Positions 50,381 to 64,000 of a stretch of 64,000 nucleotides of DNA are shown here, in pieces; the stretch's first letter is position 1; every line of letters starts with the position of its first letter. A program made the translations under genes and the position numbers. Origin of the DNA: Octopus sinensis (taxonomy: Eukaryota); the NCBI RefSeq assembly GCF_006345805.1, contig NC_043008.1, forward strand, positions 65,286,001 to 65,350,000. The letters run 5' to 3'. The notes beneath the pieces are model-generated. The model was given only the letters and a program-made list of their open reading frames with translations. It did no database searches and had not been told where the DNA came from.

Positions 50381-51090
50381 GCTATATCTTGGTGAGAGGG
50401 CGGGACAAAGTTCACATTGAAATTCAAACAAAGGAAAAAATTCATTACAACAATGAATCAAGTATGTTCAAATCGAAACCATATAATTCGATAAACAATG
50501 TTAAGCTTTAGGAAAACTAAAACACTATGAAGTTCTAAAAACATTCAAGTTTCATCGGAAAACACAAAATCTTTTGAAACAAATTAAATATAATAGTGTG
50601 AATAATATTGTGCAATGGCATTTGTATTTATAATTAAGGGAAGTATGCACACGAGATATATTTTCTTTTATTCGACCAAACTTTCTGCTTAAAAAAAGAA
50701 ATAGATTCTTTCAAATTTCCATTGACTACAATTAGTATACATATTGAGCAATTATTGAACATTTGAGGACTCATTGCCGAGATGAATGATATGTAATTCC
50801 GAGTAATATTAAGGTCATGTTCTGGATTGAAGAAATATACTTATCTTACAAAGTGTAGTATTAAAAATCCATGTTGCTGTAATCTGAAATTCCATCCAAA
50901 ATATTGTAATTCCCACTTTCATTATTAAAATCAGTTTGTCCCATGAAAAATGACTGCTCTACTCCACCATAAGTGTCCTAGATTTAAAGAACTATACAAC
51001 ACTGTACGAAACTCCATCTCGCGCTCTCTCTTTAGGGACATTAGGGTTTTCATATATATATATATATATGTATATGTATATCTATCTATA

Positions 51091-51125
<35 letters not shown>

Positions 51126-51787
51126 ATCTATCTATCATCTATCTATCTATCTATAATATATATAATATATATATATACATATATATATATATGTATGTAT
51201 GTATATAATTTTCAGTACAATTTGATCGCAAATCCCTTCGTAGAGATTCCATAGCGTTCCTCAATATTGCATTTTCCTTCATTGTCCACAGATTACTTGC
51301 TAAAAATAATTTTTCAGTCCATGATAGTTAAACTCTCATGTGACAATAAAACAAAAACTAGTTGTAATTAGATTATTCCGGAACATAGAAATATATTTCC
51401 TAGAAGAGTTTAGCTATAAAGTAGATGCTGTAAAACCCAATTAGTGCTATCTCTAAATATTACGGAGGTTTGTATACCAAAATCGTATTAAAATGAACAT
51501 TAATTCTCTTCTGAAAGCAGCGCATTAATAAATGTATTCCGTTTGATAATGAGTGCGTTCTTTTTTTTAAATAGTTTTTGTCCTTAGTATTGGAAACACA
51601 ATGTTTAAAAGAATGATTTCATATGTTCATTTTGCTGGAAACAACACAAATATAAATAATATTTGGACACTCAAAAATGCCAAGACATGATACTGAATAA
51701 ATTGCTAATTTTACAGAGTTTAAAAGGGAATAATATTTGCTCGAATGGCAATTAGCCAAAACGTGTTTCGATTGAACATTTTGGCCC

Positions 51788-52471
51788 GAATTTAGCAATA
51801 AACTCTTTCTGATAAATTGTTCGCCTAACAGTCAATCATCATTTAGTACTTGTATAGATTAAGCCATAAGTAGAGAATTTACAGCTACGTTTTTGCAGCA
51901 ATGAGAAGCGGTCTTCTTAATAATATAACTCCAATTTATGAGAATCTATTGAAACTTCTAAACGTAGCTTATATTTTATAACACCGAATTAATTTTCGCA
52001 AGCAATAAATTGGAAAGAGTTTCTGGTTTCGTTTAGCGTTCTATTTGATATGATCTGCTTCTTGACATTGTCTTATATTCCCTTTTATGTATTTTTTTGT
52101 AAGCGCGCACACTGACAGATCTAAGTGTTATTTCGATTTTAATAAACACTTTTTCCTCAGCATCAGCTTCCAATTTATATATTCCTGTAGATTATTGTAA
52201 TCTAAACCTAGTAACATGTGTATATATATAGGAGGTTCGTTTCGAGAGTTGCATTCCTTTGCGTACGGTACAATGTGGTTATTATAGTAGTTTTGACTTT
52301 AAGAGTCCCTCCTAGCGTGAGGCATTTATATATAGTAATGCCCTAAATATATATATATATATATATATTATAATATATATAAATTACTATGTCTAGGTTG
52401 CAATAATGGACAGCAACATATATATTGAAAATTTATTGCCGCCGAGGATAAGGTTTATTATATATATAACA

Positions 52472-52502
<31 letters not shown>

Positions 52503-52506
52503 ACAT

Positions 52507-52591
<85 letters not shown>

Positions 52592-53376
52592 GTAAATATT
52601 TGAAGTATAGAAGTCATAAAAGGCTTTGTTGTAATGTGATGATTATGAATTTGCACTCTCATATTTTTCAGTCTATTTTAAATCTTGTCTCAATATTTTT
52701 AGCAACGGCTTTGTCCAACATTACTTTTCTATTGACAGCAATAGCAACATAGTTGAATCAATTAATCTGAAAATATATTAAAACCAGCAGCAAATTCTGC
52801 ATCAAAAATAACCGTGCACTGTCACCGCTAGTCATAGTTTTTGTTCATGCACAGTTCTCTGTCATCCTCATGAATACTATATGCAGAATAATCCCTGAAG
52901 CTCTCTGTATCTTTGAAATATATGATACGAAATTCTACAAATAGAAGAAATTTTAGTATTGATATCACACAGCATCGATTTTGAATAGAAAATAATCTAA
53001 TGTTTTGCAACATTTAAATTATAACTGAGACTAAAGTAGAATTTAGGTAGCAAATAAGAGGTATCACAATAAGGCATATAAATATACCATACATTGAGGA
53101 TACATTAATGTCAGTATATAGGGCTAGTTTCAATTATTTATGTAACAATTCGTAACCAAGTTTCGGTCATAAAGCTACTACCAAAATTAAATACTGTGTA
53201 ACACATGAACTTGGCTTAGATAGGCAGAATTTGTACCAACAATGAGGGTGCCAATCACATCTAGGCGCAGGTTCGGCGAATTTAGTAATAAATTCTTTCT
53301 GATAAATTGTTCGCCTAACAGACGATCATCATTTAGCATTTGCTTAGATTAAGCTATCAGTGCAGAATTTATAGCT
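51788..53376 (+). repeat. About 99-bp dispersed direct repeat pair (51788-51886 and 53278-53376)
   Basis: GAATTTAG.AATAAA.TCTTTCTGATAAATTGTTCGCCTAACAG..ATCATCATTTAG..TAGATTAAGC..AGAATTTA.AGCT in both. Confidence 0.85.
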
Positions 53377-53515
53377 TGCTTCCAAGCTACAAGATTCCAT
53401 GTTCAGTCCTACTGCGTGGCACTTTCGGCAGCCTCGAACTTGTCAATGCTTTGTGTGTGGTTTTGATAAACGGAAACTGAAAGAAACCCATCGTGTATCT
53501 ATATCAGTGTGCGTA

Positions 53516-53566
<51 letters not shown>

Positions 53567-53757
53567 CCACAGTTTAACAATCGGTGCTGATGTGTTTACG
53601 TCTCCGTAACTTAGCAGCTCACCAAAAAAAGAACGATAGAGTAAGTACCAGGTTTAAAGAGGCAAGAACACTGGGACCATTTCACTCGACTAAAAATTCT
53701 TTAAGGCGGTGCCCCGGCAAGACCGTAGTCTAATGACTGAAATAAGTAAAAGATAAA
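53373..53757 (+). mobile_element. Decayed SINE family A
   Basis: AGCTTGCTT..GTTCAGTCCTACTGCGTGGCAC..(TG)n..TAAGGCGGTGCCCC..TGACTGAAATAAGTAAAAGATAA. Confidence 0.8.
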
Positions 53758-54269
53758 CGATAAGACAAGCTAGATATCCACATTTTGAGTAACACAGAGG
53801 TTATATTAGTGCCTTCGTGCAATAGTATTTTATCCATTTTTATGTATTCTCCATCCGCGCACTTACGTACGATTGTATACTCAAAAGACTGATTTAGCAA
53901 ATCAAATGCTTCGTTAACACTAACCGAAAAACGTTTCTTATGTTCCATACAAAGAATGAGAGCCTCATGCGATTTTGCATGAGTTCTTGGCATGAGTTCT
54001 TGGCTCATCCGTTGAATAAATGAATGCGTGATTCATGCGCGATCCATGTCTTGGCATGCTTTCTACAGTCTATCATTTCTCTATGATTTGACATATTTCA
54101 ACATAGTTGTGAATATTTTTTCTGTATGTATGATCACGATGCTCTCACATTCAAAGCTTTAAATATAAACTGAAAGAGTTCACAGCAACCGTTGGTGTAA
54201 AATACAAAAAGTAATATACAGGATAACGATTCAGCATATTGCGTCGACTCGACATGTACGAATATTTGT

Positions 54270-54432
54270 ATATGTGTATATTTGTGCATATATACATATA
54301 TATATATATATAAGAGAGAGAGAGAGAGAGAGAGAGATATATATATATACATATAAATATGTGTATATATATATATATATAATGTATACATATATATATA
54401 CGTATATATATGTATATATATATATATGTATA

Positions 54433-54475
<43 letters not shown>

Positions 54476-54593
54476 GTAGACATATATATATATATATCTA
54501 TATTATATAATATATGTATATAATATATATATATATTAATATATATATGCATATATATATATATGTGTGTGTGTGTTGTGTTCTGTATGTGTG

Positions 54594-54624
<31 letters not shown>

Positions 54625-54984
54625 GTGCGTGTGTGTACATGTATGTATATGTGTCTGTGCCTGCGTATGACTCTGTGTGCCCCTGGCTGTGTGTATGTGT
54701 GTGGGTTCCTTGAGAGGGAGAGAGAGAGAGGGTGTGTGTAGCTAGAGTTTATGTTATGTATTAAATCCGATATCTATATGTGTAACATGCTTTCTTAAGC
54801 AAATATACCTCAACGTTTTTAATGCTTATTATATTAATATATAAATTTCAGTTCTATTAATGTACAAATCTCAAAAGATTTTGTGTAAATGTCTATCCAT
54901 TCCTTCTCATATTTTCCAGCTGAGCTTTGATACGTATCACAAAATGTGTGTCATTATTACATATAGATGCTTGCGTTTGTGCGA

Positions 54985-55020
<36 letters not shown>

Positions 55021-55320
55021 CTTATTAGGAGAACTGACAAGAACATATAAGAATACATACACACACACGAGCGCGCACGCTCATATACTCATACACACAC
55101 ATATATATACATCGCTAGAAAGGTAGATAGATAGATAGATAGATAGATAGAGAGATAGATAGATAGATAGATAGATAGACAGATACATATGTAGATACAT
55201 AGTTGCATACATACATATATACATACAAACATACACAAAGAGATAAATATACACCAAAATCATCTCTGTGTGTGCATAGGACCATATGTATATATATGTA
55301 TGTAAAATACCATGCACACG

Positions 55321-55363
<43 letters not shown>

Positions 55364-55495
55364 GCATATACACATATATATATATATATGTATATGTGCG
55401 AATGTGTGTGCATGTACATATATATATATATATATGTATTATATATATATCCCTAATATATACAAATATACATACATATATATAAATATATATAC

Positions 55496-55527
<32 letters not shown>

Positions 55528-55560
55528 TGTGTGTGTGTGTGTATGTGTGTGTGTATTAAC
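54270..55560 (+). repeat. Dense (TA)n/(TG)n/(GA)n/(GATA)n/(CA)n microsatellite field
   Basis: Directly visible; source of the [12 protein letters not shown] ORFs. Confidence 0.9.
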
Positions 55561-56372
55561 GCAAATGTATATTACACATGCTTCGGCAGAGAAATTTCTT
55601 TATCTATAAAAACCTATTGATTTCTTTAAAATAATCGCTTTTACAAGATTTTCTTTGATAAATGTAAACCTAATTTATTTGTATAGAAAGATTTGCTACT
55701 ATGTGAACATGATATTTTCTTTTTCCGCATGTACTCACATACGGCATGTGCAATACAAAGTACACTTATATGTGTGTGCATATAAATATGCAAAATATCT
55801 CATAATATATATTATATATATATATATATAAGATATACATATGTATATATATATATATATATATATCATAGTATATTATATTATATTAAATATGTGCGGT
55901 TGGGGGTTCTCGTCGATTATCACTGACGATTGCAATATATTCAATTTGTTTCATAAAAATGTAGAAAGCCACGATGTCCCTACAATACACGAAACTCTTT
56001 CAATGCCAACGAATTCAGAATCTGAAGCACGATACGCATCTCGATATTCTTAAATGACATCACGTTAGCATAATCTTCTCCTTGAGACAACTTCAGTTTT
56101 TCTGACGACGGCGAGTAAGGCAAAACGGTGACGTCGCTTCCACGCATGCCTTATAAAAGTTTACTAAGAACTTTAGAAGAATTGAGTTATTCTTCAATTT
56201 AATGTTAAATTGATTGCATCAATTACGGTATAAATTGAAGTGATCAATAGTGTGTACGTATATAGGTAGATAGATAGTTATAGACATATATAAATACACA
56301 TATATATATATCCATACATACTTATACACACACACGCACACATACCCACATACACACACACACACATATATA

Positions 56373-57663
56373 TTGGGTGGGGAAGCAAAATTTACAATGA
56401 AAGTTAAGCTGATTTTTCTCAGAGGGCACTAAGTCAATTGTTTTGAAACCTAGCATATATTGATGTCATAATCATACCTAAAACTGTTAACCTTACCTTT
56501 GCAGAAAATTTTGCCCATATGAGTAATCAGGAAAGCAAATGTCAAAGAGTGTGTGATTTGCTGAATGCACTAGTCACACCAAAGGAGATTTCAAGACTAG
56601 TTGGAGTGTCTATAAAGACTGTTTATAATTTAAAGAATAGAATGACTATGAGCAAAACTATTACGAGGATTTCTGGAAGTGGAGGAATCAACAAAAAAAA
56701 CGTACCAAAGCTTTTATTAAAGCTCTCAAATTCAAAATCCTAAAGGATCCAACCAAATCCATGAGAAAAAAGGCAATTGAACTTGAGGTAGACAAGAAGA
56801 CCATTAGAAATGCAGTAAAATATGATTTTAGGTTAAAATCTTACAGAAGAACACCAAAATACTTGTTGACAACAGCTATGAAGGAAAAGAGATTGGAAAG
56901 GTGCAAGAAAATTATTACATGGTTCAAGAAAAATCCTCCATTGTAACGATCTTTCCTGGTGAAAAATTCTTCACTGTCGATGCTGTTCTGAACCACAGAA
57001 ATGACAGATTTATAACAAAATCAACAGCGGAGGTTAAGGGGACATTCAAAACAAAACATCTTCCTCAAGTTATGGCTTTTGGTGTTGTGGCTTCCAATGG
57101 AAAGAAGACGCCTATAAAATTCTACAAAGCTGATGAAAAGATCAATGTTAATACTTGCTACAAGACTCTGACATACCAGATATTGCCATGGCTTAAAGCA
57201 AACTACTCAGATGGTAATTATGTATGGACACAAGATGGTGCTCCAGCCCACACAACTAGAAAAATAAAAGATTTCTGCAAATCAAACTTAAGCAATTTTT
57301 TTGAATCATGTTTATGGCCGCCTCCTAGCCCAGATCTAAACCCTCTGGATGATGCTATTTGGGGCGTTTTAGAATATGCTACCAATAGAACAGCACACAG
57401 CAATGTCGACTCTCTTAAAGATACTAATAAAGAAGAATGGGAGAAGTTGTCTCCCGAATATTTGAGGAACGCCTGTGCAAGTTTCAGGAAGTGTGTGAAG
57501 GCAGTTATTGAGAAAGAAGGAGGACACATAGAATAAAAATATTTTCTATTATGTAAATTTTCTTGCGGCAAATAAATTCTCATGACTTTCAATAAACTAA
57601 TTAGTCATACACTGTCTTTTAATCCCTGCCTCAAAATATTGTAAATTTTGCTTCCCCACCCTG
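56373..57663 (+). mobile_element. Full-length Tc1/mariner DD37D (maT-like) transposon
   Basis: 24-bp exact TIR GGGTGGGGAAGCAAAATTTACAAT at 56375-56398 and its reverse complement at 57638-57661; TA-repeat flanks. Confidence 0.93.
56519..57536 (+). pseudogene. DD37D transposase with two frameshifts (about 56700 and 56935)
   Basis: N-terminal HTH region, then IFPGEKFF (first catalytic D of FSDE lost), WTQDGAPAH, WPPPSPDLNPLD with 37 residues between D2 and D3, and C-terminal VIEKEGGHIE. Confidence 0.93.
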
Positions 57664-57664
57664 C

Positions 57665-57742
<78 letters not shown>

Positions 57743-57749
57743 TATATTA

Positions 57750-58793
57750 TATATTATAATTCTGAGATGCGAAAAGTTTGTTTGTTTGCTTGTTTGTCTG
57801 GTTTTGGCATTGAGAACGGGTTAAAGCCACTTTATCCCGTCGGATTGACTCCAACATTTACAGCGACATGTAAAATGAGGTGAGCATGCGAGTGGGCTAG
57901 GTTAGAAATCCCCATCTTAAAAGGTGTCGTTGCTAGGGCCAAAAAGGCACTTTGACAAGTCTACTCTCATTCTTTTATGTATCTGCCTTCCTCCATCACT
58001 CACTCTCTTTCCTCCCTCCCTTTCACTTTCTATCTATAACGTCGTTTCACAGCTTCTACCTCCCTTACCTTCACTTTCTCTTTATAACAGCGTTTCACAG
58101 CTTCACAGCGTCCTATATCTCCCCCTCCCCGCCTTCGACAGCGCTTTCACACTCTCTCTCTCCACGTCTGTCTGCATTCATAGAGAGAATTATCATCGCC
58201 ACAACCACCACACAATCATGAGAACAAATAGTATGAATCAGATATTTATTGGGTTAATTTATATATGTGTGTGTGTTCTATATACAAATATGTATATATA
58301 ATATATATATACAAAGTGTATATACAACATTTTATTCCAGCCGTTAAACTGCCACTACGTTGCTGTCCGTCGTAAAAAAATGCCAGCCATGGTGACTCTA
58401 CTATTCTCAGATTCTATCCCTTCAAACTTTGGTTTCCAATATTTTTTTTTATTCAGCTCGCAAGATCAGCTGTCCCTTTTAAATGTTAGTGTTTTGCTGT
58501 CTGCCTTGAAGCAGACCTTTCCGTTGTCACTGCCTGATATTTATGATTGATCTTTCAAAATATTTTGTTTCTCAACTTACTCAAGATCTTTCCTTGGTTA
58601 TAAACGGGAGAGAGATCGATAGAGAAAGATAGAGAGTAAGAGAAAGCGAGGGAGAATCCGAGAGAAAGGAAGATCAAGAGAGTGGGAAAGTGAGAGAGAA
58701 ACAAAGAGGGAGAATGTGGTGATAAAAAACAGAAAGGAAGCAACAGAAAGTAACAACCACACTCTTACCCGCGCGTAGAGCGGGTCACCTTAA
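57750..58793 (+). mobile_element. Probable decayed non-autonomous Helitron
   Basis: TA-rich start followed by GTTTGTTTGTTTG; GC hairpin ACCCGC-GCGTAGA-GCGGGT at 58767-58785 just before a degenerate end (no intact CTAG). Confidence 0.4.
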
Positions 58794-60730
58794 CATATAT
58801 ATATATAACGGATAATAAAACGAATGCCTTATGCCTGATAGCTTACTAGATGTGTCGAAATAATTGTCGGGATTAATAATAAATTTTTGTATATTCCATA
58901 ATTCGTCTTTCCTTTGGTATATATATATATATAGTAGTATCTATGTATGTAGTTACAACTAAAGCCGGCTATTACCGGTAAAGGTATTAGTTGCCAATTC
59001 TGTACAAGACATTGTAGATCTTTAGCTGGGCTAAAAAGTCATATTCGATCACAGCACCAGTAACAGTTAAGCTTCGTGCAATGGCCATAGTCGATATCGA
59101 GGGGGCATTCATAATAATGTATGTATGTATGTATGTATGTATGTATGTACGTATGTATCATGTACGGTATCCTAACAGAAGAAAAATTTGAACATCAGAA
59201 GCACAAATTTCGCTTGTTAGTTTGATAATAGACTGAAGGACATTGATCGTATAGTGTTTACGCTCCGGATTATTTTCCCTCCTCGGAGAAAGATGAAAAG
59301 CAAAATAATGGAGATGTAGTAAGGAATGAAAACACACACCACGTTAGTGAATAAGCACGTTGAAACTGAAAAGAGAGATAGGCAACAGTTCCCAGCTGAG
59401 TGAGAAAAGAGTTTCTGTAAATTATAGAGGTCAATCGGTGTGCATGACAGATTTATGATTATCATTATCTGTCTCGTACATAATGTTTATGTGTAAACAA
59501 TAGGTTTTGTACCTGTGTTATGAATTTATAAATGTATGCACGTTTATCACGTTATATTTTGTTAATGTTTTTAGTAGATTATAATAATATATGTGTATAT
59601 GTTTTTGGCTAGCATATAAACATTTTCTCGACGTATGCTATTAAATATTACCTGTATGAATAATTTATTCATAGGATCAAGTATTTGTGATTGATCACGT
59701 TGCTCATTAAATTTGGTGCAGCTGTTGGTTAGAAAACAGAAACCGAAACGGTGCAGTGATGTATGATATGCTTTTCACAACTGACAAATGGCAGCTCATA
59801 AATTTAGTCGAATGTCCCTGGAATTCTTCGATAATTTTTCACCTGTTCTTCGTCTCGTTTCGCATATATGTGTATACTTAGGCTGAATTTGTTACAGCAA
59901 ATGAGGTGTAATTCAAATCATCAACGTGGGGCTGGCGACTTCGGCTGGACTACACGTTGAGACTGAGTGTCGAATGCATGGATGCAGAATTGGTAGAAAT
60001 AGAGAAATTGATAATGAGACGCAGCTGAAAACGGTGCCGTGCTTTCGGTGTAGCATGGGCTGTCAGTGAGTTTGTAACAGAGAACAACATAGTTGCCCCA
60101 CCCCATATATATGTGTGCGTGTGCGTCTGTGTGTGTAAATGTATATGTGCTTATATGTAGATGTGTGTGTATATATATATATATGCATATACTCACACAC
60201 ACACATACTCAAACACACGCTCAAAAATACACTCACACACGTATGTATATATATAGTTGGCGACCGCTGATCTGTTTGTCTTTTGGGGTTTGCGGTATAT
60301 ACGTGCTGCGCCTGTGTATGTGAAGTCGGTTACTTGAGTTTGATTCATGTGGTTATTCATTTTTAATATGCGCGTGGGATGTTCATGTTCGCCTCTACCT
60401 GCATAGAATTCAGGTAACTGCTGTAATAAAATTACACAGGGTGTAAACCTCCTTCAGCTTACATATGTGCTGCAATTTAAACAGTGAATCTCATGTAACT
60501 GAGATATGACCATTGTATCGCTAACGCTGTCTTTCTATCAGCACCTCAAATGAATAAGGAAACTGTCCAGTATATGCTTGTTTTTGTGCCCTATCTCTTA
60601 GCTATGACCCTCAAATATATCTTTGTTGATATCTTTGTTGACATTAGATTATTAGGTATCCCAGGCGCACCCAGTAAATTGTATCAAATGATTTTGAAAA
60701 TATGCTATATAACAGCCTACTACAGTTTTT

Positions 60731-61066
60731 GAGACCCCCTCTTCGGTCATGACTGACCGTGGGATTCCACCTAGATAGTTACCCTCCCAGGCACAATTCC
60801 CTGCATGGTTGTTTATGGAAGACCAGCAGTCGCCCATGCATACCAGCCTCCCCTCTCCACGCCACTGATGTTATCCAAGGTAAAGGCAAAGACGCCGATA
60901 CAGCTTGGCACCCGTGACGTTGCAACTCATTTCTACAGCTGAGTGAACAGGAGCAACGTGAAATAAAATGTCTTGCTCAAGAAAACAACACGCAGCCCGG
61001 CCCGGGATACGAACTCACAACCCAACGATCGTGAGCTCGACGCTCTACTCACTGAGCCAAGCGCCT
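60731..61066 (-). mobile_element. SINE family C head/core with a different tail (C2)
   Basis: Reverse complement GGCGCTTGGCTCAGTGAGTAG..GAGTTCGTATCCC..CTTGAGCAAGACATTTTATTTCACGTTGCTCC..CACTCAGCTG shared with 23391-23530; downstream unrelated, ends GAAGAGGGGGTCTC. Confidence 0.85.
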
Positions 61067-61265
61067 ACTACAGCATTATCTAACAATATAACATGCTGTT
61101 ATTTCTAGCAGGGAAGTCAATGGTCATGCAGTTACGATATATGTATTTTATATATATGTGAGTATATATATGTATTTTATATATATGTGAGTGTGTGTGT
61201 GCGTGTGTGTGTACATATACATACACACACCTAACTATGTATGTGTATATAATAATGTGTGATAA

Positions 61266-61496
61266 GGCGGCGAGCTGGCAGAAACATTAGCACGCCGGGC
61301 GAAATGCTTTGTAGTATTTCGTCTGCCGCTACGTTCTGAGTTCAAATTCCGCCGAGGTCAACTTTGCTTTTCATCCTTTCGGGGTCGATAAATTAAGTAC
61401 CAGTTACACACTGGGGTCGATGTAATCGACTTAATCCGTTTGTCTGTCCTTGTTTGTCCCCTCTATGTTTAGTCCCCTTGTGGGTAGTAAAGAATA
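61266..61496 (+). mobile_element. SINE family B (tail B1), full length
   Basis: GGCGGCGAGCTGGCAGAAACATTAGCACGCCGGGCG .. CCCCTTGTGGGTAGTAAAGAATA. Confidence 0.92.
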
Positions 61497-61574
61497 GGTA
61501 TATATATATATATGTGTGTGTGTGTGTTTGTGTGTGTCTGTGTAAATATTTGTGTTTATATATAGTGAGAGAGG

Positions 61575-61665
61575 GACAGACAGACAGACAAAAAGCCAGC
61601 CCGACAGAGAGACAGATAAACAGGCAGACAGACAGAAAGAAAGAAAGAAAGAAAGATAGACAGAC

Positions 61666-61708
<43 letters not shown>

Positions 61709-61727
61709 GAGAGAGATAGAGAGATAG

Positions 61728-61758
<31 letters not shown>

Positions 61759-61767
61759 AATAGATAG

Positions 61768-61852
<85 letters not shown>

Positions 61853-61899
61853 GAGAGAGATAGAGAGATAGATAGATAGATAAATAGATAGATAAATAG

Positions 61900-61930
<31 letters not shown>

Positions 61931-61975
61931 GATAGATAGAGAGATAGAGAGATAGATATATAGATAGAATGATAA

Positions 61976-62015
<40 letters not shown>
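61575..62015 (+). repeat. Long (GACA/GAAA/GATA)n microsatellite
   Basis: Directly visible, with AATA and GAGA variant units. Confidence 0.95.
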
Positions 62016-63259
62016 GTAGAAAACCTGCTACTACGATACTCTTTAGCTATATGGCGGCAAATATGCACGGATTTCTTTCTGCTTTCAGCTTTTATAAAAA
62101 GAATCTTGCGGGTCTTACACAAGCCTTTACTGTATCATTATATACGTTACTGTGTTCAGTTTATGCATTTTCTTATTCGTTTATTTATTTATTTATTTAA
62201 TGCTGCTTGTTTTGTTGCAGTTATGTTTAGAACAACAATAATCCTAAATTCAAATTCAGTTTTTCCAGATATTCACACTTAAATTGTCGAGAATAGATTA
62301 AGCTCGTGTCTAATTCGTTTCGTATATGTGGTTTGAATTGATTTCGACATGTTCGCCAAAGTATTTTGATCGAAAGTCTCCTATGCTGGCAGTCACGTGT
62401 AAAAGTCTCTTGAAAATAAATTGTGATGGGGAGGTTTGGAAAAACGTTGAGTGTCAGTTTAGAAAATTTACATTTTCAAATAACTGTAAAAACGAAATAG
62501 GAAAATGCGAAAAATCTAAAATCAAATAAGTCAAACTTGAGCACAATCGCCTATTTAAGGATATATGTATAAAAGAAAAGCTGTTCTTCGATTTATACGA
62601 ATATATACAACTGTGTGTGTGTGTAACCTTATTGTCATCAAATATATGTGATATGCTCAAATATTTTACAATTCAGAGAATGATAAAATATGTAAGGGTC
62701 TGTACACTGAGTATCTCGTAGTCGATAGTATTGACAAATGTTTTATAAATAACACTTATTCTAAAAAAGTTTCAGCTAATTTGCACTATACAATCGCCTC
62801 TTAATTATTTAGTTATAACCTTAATGAATAAAACGAGTTTCAATTTAGTGAATATAGCCAATTGCATATAATTTATTGGGGAATAAACTTGAGTTTACAA
62901 GGTTTTGTACTATATCATGGCTTACTGTAATACACAAGTTATCACTTGCTTCAAACGTTGTATAGTTTACTATTGTCTATGCGTTTATTGGATCTGAAGT
63001 TGAGTTCTTCTTCCGCATAAAAGCGATATATTATTTTTCTTCTATTCATTTCGGAATGCAAATTTATGCATTTGTCAATGATCCTAACTTTACGGCAAGT
63101 TATATGAATACGAGCAAAAAATGTCAAACATTTAAAGCAAATTTTCTCAAAACGACTTGTCCGACCGTCCCATAGGCCTCCCCTTTGAGAAACCCTGATT
63201 TAACCTAAACTTGAGACACCAGCAAAAGAAGAAATAAAGATAGACATTTTTTTCTATTC

Positions 63260-63448
63260 TAGAGAAAAACGATTTCCCATGGTATATCGATCGCATTCTC
63301 ACCTGGAATCGATTGTTGTAATTTTTCAATACTTATACAAGCTCTGATACCGTCGGTATCTACATATCAAATTTGAGCGCAATCGGATCAAAGATGCCCC
63401 AGATCCTAGAAGCCACACACACAGACAGAACGGATTTTATATAAGAGA
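63260..63448 (-). mobile_element. 5' part of a probable non-autonomous Helitron
   Basis: Minus strand A|TCTCTTATATAAAATCCGTTCTGTCTGTGTGTG start, same architecture as the 5' end of 48001-48303; no 3' hairpin/CTAG found. Confidence 0.55.
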
Positions 63449-64000
63449 TATTGTGTAGATATAATTCTTCCATGACATCGCGTTATGCTTAAGTCGGAAA
63501 ATCATATTGACATTTCCTCTTTATATGATGATCGGCATACATAAATATATATCTGTCCTTACGGGTATATACTAGATGACATATCCTGAACATTTATTCT
63601 ACAGTTATAACTATTTTAGGGCTGTTGCAGTCAATTATTTATACCATTCGTGGATATGGAAGATTTTACGCATAAGCATGAAAGGTATTTTTTGGTAATT
63701 TGTTTACAGTTCAATGGAGATACGGGCATATAATAAAAAAATCTGATAGGGCGCCTTTTCCTTAATAGGGGTCTCCGTTGGTTTACATCCTAACCTAAAT
63801 ACATATATGAAAGTAAATTCTTAATTTCAAAGTATGAGACAGTGCAAAATTTCATTATGGAGACGTAGAGGAAATAATGAAAACTATATTCGAAAAAAGG
63901 TGTGCGAATATATTAAATACATTATAACTATGCGCAAAAATTTAATTATGTACGATTACTTTAAATAAATTATAACTATGCGTATCCCCCTCAAGAAAAA

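Noticed and set aside
56100-56140. CTGACGA-containing hammerhead candidate
   Set aside because: No GAAA and no credible stem II or stem I

Overview
Repeat-dense, AT-rich eukaryotic intergenic or intronic DNA with no recognisable host protein-coding exon, rRNA or bona fide tRNA gene. The SINE types and very high microsatellite density suggest a cephalopod (Octopus-like) genome; this is an inference. Identifiable coding remnants are all transposon-derived: a Helitron PIF1-type helicase pseudogene (about 2555-3940), the 3' end of a CR1/L2-type LINE (12276-12650), two DD37D Tc1/mariner (maT-like) transposases (16520-17010 decayed; 56373-57663 full length with TIRs), an R4/Dong-type endonuclease fragment inside (AAT)n, and a 5'-truncated Penelope-like element (RT + GIY-YIG) with a 440-bp inverted terminal duplication (23904-26287). 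There are at least four tRNA-headed SINE families, non-autonomous Helitrons, fold-back elements and a 28-bp x about 50 minisatellite. The most notable signal is a set of type I hammerhead-ribozyme motifs between 10.3 and 28.1 kb, from at least five unrelated repeat families and each with a different core. They include a fully canonical hammerhead inside a 534-bp unit with a perfect 67-bp terminal redundancy (retrozyme-like), and a U3-A8 compensatory variant in the Penelope element itself. All structures were read by eye; none has been computed or tested.
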